Assembly (NCBI GenBank): GCA_001929475.1
Contig: LXFE01000126.1
Location: 62,001 to 126,000 of the forward strand
Source: Neolecta irregularis DAH-3
Lineage: Eukaryota
Reading direction: 5' to 3'
Length of the DNA: 64,000 bases
The notes under the pieces were generated by a model. It was not told the DNA's origin, made no database searches, and was given only the letters and a program-made list of their open reading frames with translations. Positions 1 through 11,700 of the stretch are shown in pieces (the stretch's first letter is position 1; each line of letters opens with the position of its first letter). The position numbers were made by a program, and so were the translations under genes.

Positions 1-2428
1 CGTCCCCGTTTTCTCCAGGTGCAATGATTGCAACGAAGCTTCTCTTTGCGCTGAAAACGTTGATGCCTTCCTTTACGCATTTATTGAAGAATTCCGAAAT
101 GCTATTTGAAGTAGCAGACTTGAGAAGAGGAAATAGAAGTTCCGTTTTCAAAGCGGCGTCCACGGTGTTAATTTGATTTGTTAGGCCAACTTGAACACAG
201 AGGATCGGTGTAACGATTGCAGTTGAAGCCAGAAACGATAAAATTTCAGTCTTCGTCTTTCCCGCTCCTTTTCTTCCGATACCTGATAGCAGATGTCCGA
301 TAATCTTCATGATCTTTTCCTCGTCTAAGAGATATTCTTCAAGATGCGGAGCAATGACTTCATTTGCAAAGTATTTAGCAACTGACCATGGGAGCCATTT
401 GATATTTTTCGAATTATCTCCATAACCCACGATATGTCCAATCGGAGATGTTTGCACCTTGTCATACATTTTAATTACCTCTTGGAACGCTGAAACTGCA
501 GCAGTTCGAATCTTAAGTGAACGATCACCCAGCACAATTAGAAGATACGGTATTAGAATCTGGAAATCTGTGTACTCACTGGAAGATACCACATCTTCCA
601 CAAGGTTGAGAGCCATAACTCGACTTCGATTGACGTGCGTAGTTATGGACCAAACATATCCAAAGAAAGTAATCAATGAAAGTTCATCCTTCGGGAAAAA
701 AGAAGACTTCATCAAGGTTTCAATATCGTCTCGAGAAGTGGAAGCTCGATCAAAGATTGCCGTTAAATTCTCGAGATCTGAAGAAAGAATATTTCCGAAG
801 AAGGATTCTGGAATAACTTCCAGCTGCTGGAAATTCTGCAGCATTTTTTCAAACGTTTCGGGGTCATTCGTGTGCGAGTTACTTTCCATGCTTATTTCAC
901 TTTGTATTTCGTTCGTCTAGTAAAGTGAGACTAACCGTGTAAAGATGATACCTGTAACGTGATTTGCAGTGTCATTTCAAGCTTCTCTGTGCGTTCAATG
1001 TCCTCGGCAAGAACGATATTCAAAATTCGAGAAAGTACTTTATCATTTTTTAAACTATTCAACATTTCTGAAATCTGAACTCGAGTTCCTGGAGTGTTCT
1101 TTTTAAGAGTGGATTCTATTAGTTCGCGAAAAATGACCTTGGTTTGTGTTTCACTTATTCTACCGGACCTGACGTATCCTTCAATTCGTTTGATTGAATC
1201 TGAAGTCAAGACAGAGCTTTTGATTAAACGGATCAGGAATCCTGTGACCAGTTTATCTGCTCTGAATTTCGAGACAATTTCCTGGAGAAGGATTTCTGTT
1301 TCTCTATTCATTGAGAACTTCTATTTATCAAAGGTCAACTTACTTGGCATCGTTCATAGCTTTATAAACTCCATCAGGAAGAGGAGGGTTTCCTTCACGA
1401 ACCTGCATCAATTGTGCGATACACAGCAAGGCGGATTTGAAAGTCCGTTTAGACCATGTAGTAGATATCCCGTTCATGATGGTCACCAAAATCTGATCAG
1501 TGATAGTACCGCTCGAAGCCAAGACAGTCAAGACCATGTAATTCGAGATCTACTGGGTGAAATGTGTATATAGAAGCATACAATACCTGGTGTTCAGGCG
1601 CAGCATGAAACTGTGTGCCTTCAGCAGCGAATGGCAGAGTTCTTTGCATGATCAGATCTTCGTCGACTTTGGCCTGTCTCATTCTCAGAATCGCTTCAAC
1701 AGCAACCGAGGCCCAGAATGCAGATAACGCATGGTAACCCTTTTGTTCACTGGCCATATCTTCGACAAACTGTGCCACAATATTGTAGAATGTGGGGTCC
1801 TGAGCCAACGACATGACAATCTCGTGTCGAGATGGAGCACTGCGATCTTTCTTCCGTGCCTCTAGAAAGCTCCAGATTGGCTGAGGGAGGGTGACAATCA
1901 CAAGAAGCCGGGCAAAGGTTGGGTGAGAGTAATAGGGTAGAAAGGTTAGTAATAAAGTTTCGGCGTTATAATTGTGAATTCTTTTACTTTAGATTTTTTT
2001 CAGAAATACAAGGTATACCGAAACCGTCGAACAAGCCATTCGAGAGCTCGGGTAGTAGCCCCGAGAAGAAAATGAGGGCTCAGGATGTGTATAAACGTAG
2101 AAAGCACTCCGTTCAAAGCATCATTATCGGCCTTTGTCTACGCCGTTTATTTTCTCGGATACAGAAGAAGACCCACCTGCAGGAACCGGTCCACATTCTT
2201 GGAACCCTCAGAGAATAATATCGTCTCGAATTGTCTCAACCTCGGATCTATTTCACACAGTTCGTCAAAAGCTTCACGACCAATCTCGTAAATGGTATCG
2301 ATGTTCTTTTCAGCGGCCTCTGAGATATCATACAGCAGAGAGGCAACTTTCTTAAACTGGTTTTGGTACGGCGCATTTACTGCTGAGGCTCTCAGCTCCT
2401 GGAGCTGTGTAGCCAAAGCAGTAGTCAT
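1..2428 (-). CDS. UTP10: U3 snoRNA-associated HEAT-repeat protein Utp10/HEATR1 (5' part; continues beyond the window start; spliced)
   Basis: Spliced N-terminus MTTALATQLQEL...SLLYD...EAFDELCEIDPRLRQFETILFS...[35 protein letters not shown] matches the Utp10 N-terminal motifs; about 5 introns of 35-40 nt. Confidence 0.9.
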
Positions 2429-2635
2429 ATTGAAAACTGGTGGTTTCAGTTGGAGTTTGCGAACTTTTTTTCCATAATCGAACCCGCGAATTGATTGGCG
2501 GTTTTCGCACACCTTGGATAGTGAGTCGTATTAAACTAACCACCAAAGATCAGATATCACCAAGAAACTGCAGTATACCACAATATTGCATTCTCAGCCA
2601 TTGCCGATACTGGGTAGATTCCCCTAATTATTCCT

Positions 2636-4550
2636 ATGACCGTCTCTGCAATCTTCGAAGATAAGCAGGTACGTCTCTACGCTGTTTCGTTCGTTCAATA
2701 TTCTTTTCTTGCCTTTTGGTCTCTTCGGCTTACCTTGTCTCCCAACAGCAGGTCCTTGGGTACATAAACAACTTTCTCCTCGTCTTTCATCTCAAAAATA
2801 TACTCGACAAGTGTGGTCTTTCAAAGACCGGCAACAAGAGCAGTCTTATTATCCGTTTAAGCGCACATATCGACAGAATCTCGGAAGGGGGGAATCTTGT
2901 AGCCTGGGAGACTCTGAAGACTTACATCGCTGCAGAAGTGTCTGATAAAATCGGCCGTAACTTTACATTCAGCGGTGGAAATACAGCGCCAAGGACTCCT
3001 GCCTTACATGGCTATATTCCCGGTGCTGGTGCTTATTACCCCCCATACAATCATTCAACGCCCCCTCATAGAATGACCGCACAGCGACCTTCACTGGCCC
3101 CAGGTACATCTTTTGTTCAATCGAAATAATCTTATTATGCAGCTCTCAGAATGATACAGTTCAAGTCAAGTCCTTTCTACACTGTGCTGGAATCTCTTCA
3201 TAACCCGATTCATTGTAGATGTATAACCATGCCTCAAAGGACGCTGATTTACATGCAGCTAGTAGCAACAGAACGACCGTTTATGCTAACATAAAACTCG
3301 AACCTCTTCACATCGAGAAATTACAGTCAAGAGACCTTAGTAACCAGCATAGGATATACGTTTTCTGTACTCCTATCACTGCTATTCTTCCTCAACAACA
3401 ACACTTGGTGGAATTTCCGATTCCAGTTGAAATCCGAATCAATAACGAGCCGCTGAATGTCAATGTTAGAGGACTAAAAAACAAACCTGGAACCACAAGA
3501 CCCCCTGACATCACCTCAAAACTTGTGATCGATAGGCATGTTCATAATAAAATCGAGTTAGCGTATGCCTATGCACAAAAAGTCCGCTGCAAGTATAGAT
3601 GAATGCTGATCGTGAAGGACTATAATCTAGTCGTCAATCTGGTCAAGGTTTTTTCCGTCGATGCACTCACAAAACAAATAGAGCAAGGTTATTTTATATC
3701 AAAAGAGTCTACTATCGCTAGAAGTATGCAGGCATGCCAGTCAAAATCTGTTTTTGATGTTTTCTAGTGAAATCTGAGGCTGAGGATACCGATATCGTTA
3801 CGACTTCTAGTATAATTACTCTCAAGTGTCCAATATCATACTCACGTATTGTGACACCTTGTCGTTCCAGTCACTGTCAACATATTCAATGTTTTGACGC
3901 AGCTTCGTTCTTGATGCTCAATGAAATGACACCGACATGGCAATGTCCAGTCTGCAATCGAAGCATTGCCGGACTGCAAGATATTGTTGTGGATGGGTAT
4001 ATACCTAAGTCCTTCAAGGCTGAAGGACAGATATGTGCGAGATATCCTAGAAAACACATCCAAGTCTGTGGAATCTGTCACCATTGATCCAAATGGTGCT
4101 TGGAAACTCAAAGATATCGACGAAGAAGATGCCCCATCCGATTCTGAAGAATCAGAATCAACTCGCCCAAAGTCCAAAGCTAAAACTCCTGCTGCAGACG
4201 TCATCGATTTAGATAATCAACCTCTCGCCCGAAGACAGCATCAGGCAGTTGGGACGTCTAAGAAGCGTGCCATGGCAGAGGTCATCGATCTGACCAGTGA
4301 CAACGATGAGCCAGTAGCTCCAGTGAAAAAAACCCGAAGAAGTGAGAGTATAGCTGCACCAAACAGTGACTCAGGTAATACTATTTTACCCCCTTCTCAT
4401 GATCCCGTCACTTTTGCAGCCCCGTCAAAAACCCTTTTTTTAACTCCAAGTTCCCACATCTTGCTACAAGGTAGTCAGGACGTCCTGCAAAACAACAAGT
4501 ATGCTAGATTTCCTGCTGGTTAAACCGAAACTGACTATAGAGTACCGTAG
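2636..4550 (+). CDS. SIZ1: SIZ/PIAS SUMO E3 ligase (SAP, PINIT and SP-RING domains; Pli1/Siz1-like), spliced
   Basis: PINIT-like GLKNKPGTTRPPDIT; SP-RING LKCPISYSRIVTPCRSSHCQHIQCFD...WQCPVC; SIM-like VIDLD and VIDLT; about 8 introns. Confidence 0.9.
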
Positions 4551-4856
4551 AGGAGCTTCTGTATCAAGACACCAGCGAGTCTGGTGATCCTTATGGCTAT
4601 GTAAATGGGATTTTTGATGATTGCCGGGATTGGTAAGCCAAATTGTATTTTATATTGGGTTTGGGCGGGATATCTCTTTTTGAAGAGTAGGAATATTTCT
4701 TGTTCCTCCAGCATTATGAGGGACTTTACGAGAACCTCTAGTTCTATTTTCTTGCACTTTCGTCATGTTTTGTTTCATCTTCAAATTCATGTACATAACT
4801 CGAGTAATCGCTTCTACTTGATTTGAAGAGACCGCCGCATTTTCCGACTTTCAATT

Positions 4857-5545
4857 ATGAACCAAGTATCCTCAACCCCCCCTCTCGCTCTTTCAACAAC
4901 CCCAGACTCGCACTCTTTATATCTGAGCTCAACATGTCTCGATTTGCTACTGATCGAGATGGTTGCTTTGGCACAGCGATTATCATCCGAATTATCATCA
5001 AAATCAATCGACGAGGATGAAGAGAAAGACGCTATTTATACCCGTCTGGAGTCTCTAGGGTTTCGAGTTGGACAGGGTGTTGTTGAACGGTCCGATTTGA
5101 ATCAAAGTTTTAAACTTACCAGTAGGTTTGCGAGGGACAAACCGAGATTCATAGATTCTTTGGATGTTATTAAATTTGTCTGCAAAGACCTTTGGATCAT
5201 CTTATTCAAGAAACAGATTGATAATCTAAAAACTAATCACAGGGTATTTCCTTGCTTTAAATCGTCGGTTGAAAGGAGATAGGGTGTATTTGTGCTTACG
5301 GATAATTCATTTCGCTGGTTTTCAAGGATGAGTACTAAACAAGGTGGCCAAGAAGCTGTCAATCGGGCTCAGCCGGTATTTGTTCTCTTCAATATTCTGT
5401 CATCTAATCTGGTGGACAGTTTCTCTGGTTTCCATGCGGCGTTATTCGAGGCGTATTATCAAATCTAGGGGTATCGAGTCATGTTGTTGCGGAAACAACA
5501 GGCCTTCCAACATGTACATTTCAAATAAAAATTTCAAATCAATGA
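4857..5545 (+). CDS. TRS33: TRAPP complex subunit Trs33/TRAPPC6, spliced
   Basis: LESLGFRVGQ...DVIKFVCKDLW...KQIDNLKTNHR|GVFVLTDN...FPCGVIRGVLSNLG; 3 introns. Confidence 0.92.
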
Positions 5546-5689
5546 ATTCTATATTTGACTTTCAACAAAGTACGTATATATGACTAGGTGCAGAAGGGAA
5601 TTCGAAAACACATTCTTCAACCTTTTTATATTTGAGTATGTCGAGGATCCCCTACCTACCATTGTCGTTAGTCTATTTACAGAAAGAAC

Positions 5690-7022
5690 CTACAACTTTG
5701 AGGATTTCTGACTGATAAACTCTACACCCTTTGCCACATTTCCTTTCAATTCAGGACGGGCCTTTTCGAGAAGGTTCAACTCATAGTCAGATAATTCTCC
5801 TAATGGGTGGGCTTTGTGTGCTCCGTCGGGCTATCCAATCAGACATGACCAACGAGTATCATGTACGCCAAGTTCAATCGGGACAGAAAAATAGTCGATG
5901 CCAACCAACTTGGAAACATTCTCGCCTCCAGGGATTCCAGAGAGATGAACGTAGCTTGACTCGATGATTCCTTTTTCGCCATGGACTGCGTGGAGCAAAT
6001 TAGCTTGACGGAGAAATGAACCGGAGTAGACATATCTTGAGGAGATTCTCGGCAAACCTACACGTGCTCAATGACTGATCAGTGTAATATGGAAATAATA
6101 CTTGAATCCTGCATAAGCCATACTCAAAGTCGCAGATCCACTTCCGCCTTTAGCTTCGACAACCTCATCGCCTCCAAACTGAATTCCTGATTCAAGTCAA
6201 CGCTAAAAAACTGAAGGGGAATACGGATAGTCAGTTTTTTAATCGCTTCATGAGAAAGTTTCACAGCAGGTTCCGCTTGACTGAAGAGCGGGATGATAGT
6301 GAGACCACTGTGTCCACCAACAACGGGAACAGTGTATTGAGTGGGGTTAGTGCACTCATGAAGTTGCGAAGTGAAAGTCGAAGCTCGAATTACATCCAGA
6401 GTAGTTACTCCAAAGAGTCTCCTGGGGTCAAAGACACCATGTTTCTTCATTATTTCGGCAACAATTGGAACAGTGGAATTGACTGGGTTGGAAATAACAA
6501 GAATGAAGGCCTTCGGGCAAAATTGCGCGATTCCAGTTGCAAGAGTCTCCACAATTCCTGCATTAATCTTGAAAAGATCTTGAAATCAGACTTGGCATTA
6601 TATGTGTGTACAACCGTCTCGAGTCATTCCTGGCTTGGTAAGGTAAGTTTAGGTGAATGGTCAAAAGTAACATACCTTCCTTGGGACACCAGCTGGAATA
6701 ATCACGAAATCAGAACCGGTCAAGGCTTTCTTGAGACCATCATCTGTTGGAAGATGGCTGTTCAATTGGGCCTTTGTGGCAATGTGAGATAGATCAACGG
6801 CTACTCCAGTCAAAGCCGGAACAACATCGTATAAAGCCAATTCATCGATCAAAGGCGACATTTTGCAGAGTAGCGATAATGGCTGGCCAATACCACCTGA
6901 TACCTATTAGCACCTTGAGATAACAAGACCGAGCAGCGGTTATGTTTCGTACCGGCGCTGTAAAGTCAGTAAAGTGCTGATTTAAATACATTATACGCTC
7001 CGAGAACAGCTACTTTGACCAT
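5690..7022 (-). CDS. MDH: NAD-dependent malate dehydrogenase with C-terminal PTS1 (SKL), probably the peroxisomal/cytosolic isoform; spliced
   Basis: [66 protein letters not shown]; ends SQKSSKL-TAG; no mitochondrial presequence; 7 introns. Confidence 0.93.
6953..6957 (-). other. 5-nt microexon (CGCCG) of MDH
   Basis: Flanked by ...ctgactttacag and gtacga...; needed to build the conserved GAAGGIG nucleotide-binding motif. Confidence 0.88.
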
Positions 7023-7329
7023 GACTTGTACAGTAAATCTTTCAAAGGAATTGAAAAGGGCTTATGGGTGGATGGTGGAGTTGAGAAAAGTAGTCAACTT
7101 CAGGTTTTGACGTCACCCTGGCAGTACATGCAAATATACTCAAAACTCCAAAATTCACAGATCTAATCAAAACACCTTGATTATCAAATGTCATCTATCT
7201 CTAACAGAAATGTTACAATATTTATCATTCAAATTTTTGGGAGCTGAGAATTCCCCGAGTTTCGACCTATCCAGCTATTGTTGATCATGCTAAAATTCCC
7301 CTGCGGTCCAACAGCTTCAACATGACCAG

Positions 7330-8461
7330 CTATACTTCTATTTCAGGATCTCGTACAAGTAGGCACTGTCGGTATGTTCCAACACCAACAACACCCTCCT
7401 TTCTTCCCAGCCAAGGTTTTTCCGCTTCGCCCTTGATGTTTCGTTCAACTGCATAGTAGAGGACGATGCCGCCAATAACCAGAATAAATGAGATGACATA
7501 GAGCCAATATAGGTTGTATCCAAATAGTTGTGTACCGACAACAAGTCCCCAGAAATCACTCGAGAGTAACGACAAATTATAAAACACAGCGCTGGACATG
7601 CGCAGGAGAATCGGGGTGCCACTATATAAGATGCCCATTGAAATATTGAACCCTACGAGGTACCCGCCCATTTTTCCGTCCCAACGAACATTATTAAGCT
7701 GATCTCGCTCAAGTATCGCGACTTGAATGCCGTTCACGATAGCACCGTATAAACCAAGCTGTCCTAAAACCTCGTATATCGGTGCTTTAGAGACAAAGAA
7801 CTCCTCAAAGACATTTGTAATACCTTCAAGATTAGTAGATGGCACGCGTATTAATATTACCATATAAAGACGCCCCTAAAATCATGAATAGGTCTCCTTT
7901 GACTTTATCGAGACCAGGGGAGTCCTTTCCAGTCAAAAAATCACTCAAAACCAACATGCCCAATCCACCGAGGCAAACTACAATTCCAAGAATCTTTGTC
8001 CAATGATATCGAACTTTGAAAAATAGAAACGACAGGACGACTACTGTGACGATTGCTAAAGCATCCAAGAGTTGACAACTCAAGAGTGTAGTGTACTTGT
8101 AGGACTTGACGACAAAATAGTTCGCTTCGACATCGACAAAAGCAAGTGCAAAATACTTCCAACCTCGATCCCGGATCATCCCACTCCACTTTCCCAAGCC
8201 CATTTTGTAGATGCTGGTCGTAGTATATATCAGTGCGAGAACGACATAATTAAATAGACTCTGGAATGTCGGTATATCGTCGGCCCTATTCGCTAATAGC
8301 TGCGAAAAGGTATTCGTAGAAACGATCATTAATGACAAAATTTGGCCCAAAACCAAAATCGAGAGGAAATATTTGGTGAAGATGAACGAAAAGGGCCTCT
8401 TTACATGTCGACCTTCAGCAGAAGAAATTGTGATCAGTCCATCAACTAACTTAGACGTCAT
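7330..8461 (-). CDS. Solute carrier family 35 member F (SLC35F1/F2, DUF914) membrane transporter; one intron
   Basis: LGQILSL, YFALAFVDVEANYFVVKSYKYTTLLSCQLLD, GDLFMILGASLYG|ITNVFEEF, NLSLLSSDFW; multiple hydrophobic helices. Confidence 0.85.
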
Positions 8462-8767
8462 CAAAATTGCTGTTCAAAGCTGGTCTGGTAGTGGAAGATA
8501 TGAATTATAAAAACTAGTTCATGAGTATTTTTGTAAATTATTCAAGTGGCGCCAAATTTCACCTGAAGCAACTCACGTGTAGGACCCAGCTATGTACTAT
8601 TTGAGGATATAATTAGAGAGAACCCCCGATTCGTTGACTTGTGTCCTTTTACAAATTCATATCGTGTGAAGCGCCATCGCAATTCCGCAGGTTGTTTTAA
8701 GTTCAAACCAATATTTACAATTCTAATCTACATATATGTACTCTACAATTATCAAGATATACACCTA

Positions 8768-11700
8768 TCAATGCTGAGAAATCTCCGCAAACCACTGCCT
8801 TAAAGCCGAAGAAAGGACTCCTGGGAGGTCTATGACGTCCCGAACAACTACAAAATATTGGAAGGGAAATGTATCAAGATATCGAGTCATTTCCAACTTC
8901 ATCTGACCATCGTTTGTTGTGGTATACTGAACAGAATTCATATCCATGATAGAATCTTTCTTCAATCGATCGCCCAGTGCATCCACGATCACAAAAATCA
9001 TCATGATTTTCTGACCTGCTGCTTGTCGAACGAGTTGCTGTAGCGTAGAATGATCTTCACAAATGCCATCAGAAATTATGATTTGCAGCTGCCAGGTTTC
9101 GAGACTAGCATTGCTACCTGGAAGATTCTTGGCAGACTCAAAGATAATGATTGATTGTCGAACAAGATCTTTCACATTTGTCCGAACCTGACTAAATCCA
9201 AATTGTTGACAGACCTTGAATATTAATAGAAACATTTTCGAGTCAAATATACCTTTACTCCCGCTTCGAAGGTGAAGGTTTGATGGAATGGATGTACAAG
9301 TCTAAAGTTCTCTCCAAAACTAGCAATAGCAATACTACCAGCCTCGAGCTGCGTCAAAGCTTTCGAAACAAGACTAAGTGTCTCAAATGCCAGTCGAACA
9401 GACTCAGATTCGGCCATGGATTTTGAGTCATCCATAGCAATCATGATCTGATATTGCCGCTTACTCGGTTTCGTTCGTCGCATCCAAATTTTGTCTTTTT
9501 TGAACTGACTTGCGATGTAAGGAATAATTCGTTTCATATTGAGACGTTTCCCGGTCCGAAAATCTCCTCTCATTTTAGTAGCCAGTGTGGGTTCAAGGAT
9601 GAGACGAAGTTGTTCGCATAAGCTATTTGCGAGATCTCGAGTTGAGAGTTCATGTTCTTGCCAGATTGCTCTGCCTTCTACAAAGGAACGATAATAGTCT
9701 TGAGAACCCGCATAGTGATATTCGAGGCCTTGATCTCTAAGAGGTTTATCCTCGATTTCGCACTGCTCGAGATTCATATCATGGTCTTCTAGCTCTCCGC
9801 GTGCTGTACCCTCCTTCATTAGACCAATGATTGCACCAGAACATTGCCGGCCCTCATTGATTTCATCATCTTTAGGTCGTTCAGTTTTGCCATCGACTTC
9901 GACATCAGACTTGGCCTCCATTTCAATATCTTGCTCAACCGGTGGCATAGCCTGTTCAACTTTAGAATCAAGAACCATGGCTTCTTCCAGTCTCTGTGCT
10001 TGAGTTTGTGTAGCAGAACCGAGAGCCTGTGTATCATGAGCAGTCTCGTCGTTCTGTATATGTTCCAATTCATTTGCGTGGGAAGAATCTGCTTGAATTT
10101 GTTCTTGGTTTGTATCCGAATGCTCAGCCTGTTGGGCAATTTGTTTTCGCCATTCCTCAAGAGTTTCTCCAAGTTTACGAAGGGGATCTGGATTCGAATC
10201 GCGTTGAGGCGGTCTTTGCTCGAGATTAAGATCATTGGTTTTCTGCGACTGGGCGTCTTTTGCTGCTGATTGTTGAGCGTTTCCAGCTTCTGTGGGCATT
10301 TGTTGATTTTCTGGGTTGTCTTGAGCTGTGGGCTCTTCATCTATATGTCTTTCAGCCGCTTCGTTGGCTGTGCTTTGTTTCGACTCATCTTTCTGACCAC
10401 TGGTGCCTTGAACAGAGTTAGATGTCTCTTCTTGATTGTCGTTTTTCCCATCGATACCTTGGGACACTTCATTGATATCTTGAAAGTCATCGTCTTGTGC
10501 TTGTGGCATTTCCTCAGCTTCTGTTTTGTCCAGCTGCGGCTGGTTTGCTCGGTTATCTTCATCATCTTCTGCTAGCTCTTCAGCATTCTCTCCTTGTAGT
10601 TCATTCTTCTCATCCGGGATTTCTTCTATATCCAAGTCACTCATTTTGTCATCCCCTTCGCTTTCATCCTTACCCTCCTGGTCCAACTCCATATCATCCG
10701 GTAGATCCATGATCTCTGCATCCGGGATCCTTTCAGTTGCAACATCTTGTTCTCGATTTTCCAGGTCGTGATCTTCGTTACCTCTGTCATCGTTGTCTTC
10801 ACTCTCTTCTTCCAGTTTTCCTTCCTTCTGCTCCTCTCCTTCTAGTGGTTTCTGTTTCTCTTTTTTCTCGTCGTTCTTACCATCCTCTTTACCGACCACA
10901 TCTGACCGTCCATCCTGCTCTTTGCTCTTGCCATCTTGATCTATATTTTTCCCTTCATCTAGTTTATCCTCTTCACCTTTTTCATTCCAAAGTTTCTCGT
11001 CAACAGTCGCAGGATCAAGATCATCGACATCGCCGATTCTATCTTCGGGATCTTGCTCGTTATCATTTCCATCATTGCTCTCATCGCTTCCTTCATCGTG
11101 GTCTAGTGATTCGATGTCGGCCTCGAAATCTGCATCAACATCTATTGCATCATCGCCTTTCTTTTTATCTTCGGGTTCATTCTTCTCCGCATCAGGCTGC
11201 TTGGCAAAGTCTTCAAGATCCTCTTGATCAGGTAAATCGTCACTGATGTTCTTCGCCCCTTCGCCGTCACCAAGACCGGTGCCCTCGGATAATCCGGTAG
11301 CCTTGGTAGGATCCGTTTCCCCAGCTTGCGGGGTGCAGAATCCTTTTCTGGCCACATCTTGATACAGTTTCTGGAGGATAAAGACCGTTTTGCAGACAGA
11401 GCTGTGCTGATCACAGATTATTGAGAGAGTTTGTTCGACGATCTGGCTATATTGTTCAAGGAACGGTCTAACTAGACACCAGAGAACAAAGACGTGTCGA
11501 CCGACCTCAACTTGAGTCCGTGCAATATTGAGATTTCGAGTTATATCAATGCACTTTTGAAAGCAACTGAGAATGCTCGACAGATGTAACGATCGATTGA
11601 GTGCTTTAAGGTTAGCATGGCTTTGGTTGAATCTTTCTTCGTCAAGATCAGGTAATCCGGACAGTCGTCCTAAAGCTGGACATAGTTTTTGAACGGATAC

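Noticed and set aside
1320-1342. Apparent 23-nt intron or frameshift in UTP10
   Set aside because: A downstream TAG acceptor gives a normal 40-nt intron that restores the frame (DAK|ETEILL)
9800-11300. Acidic low-complexity tract and overlapping antisense ORFs
   Set aside because: This is the normal D/E-rich midasin tail; the antisense ORFs are by-products of its codon bias
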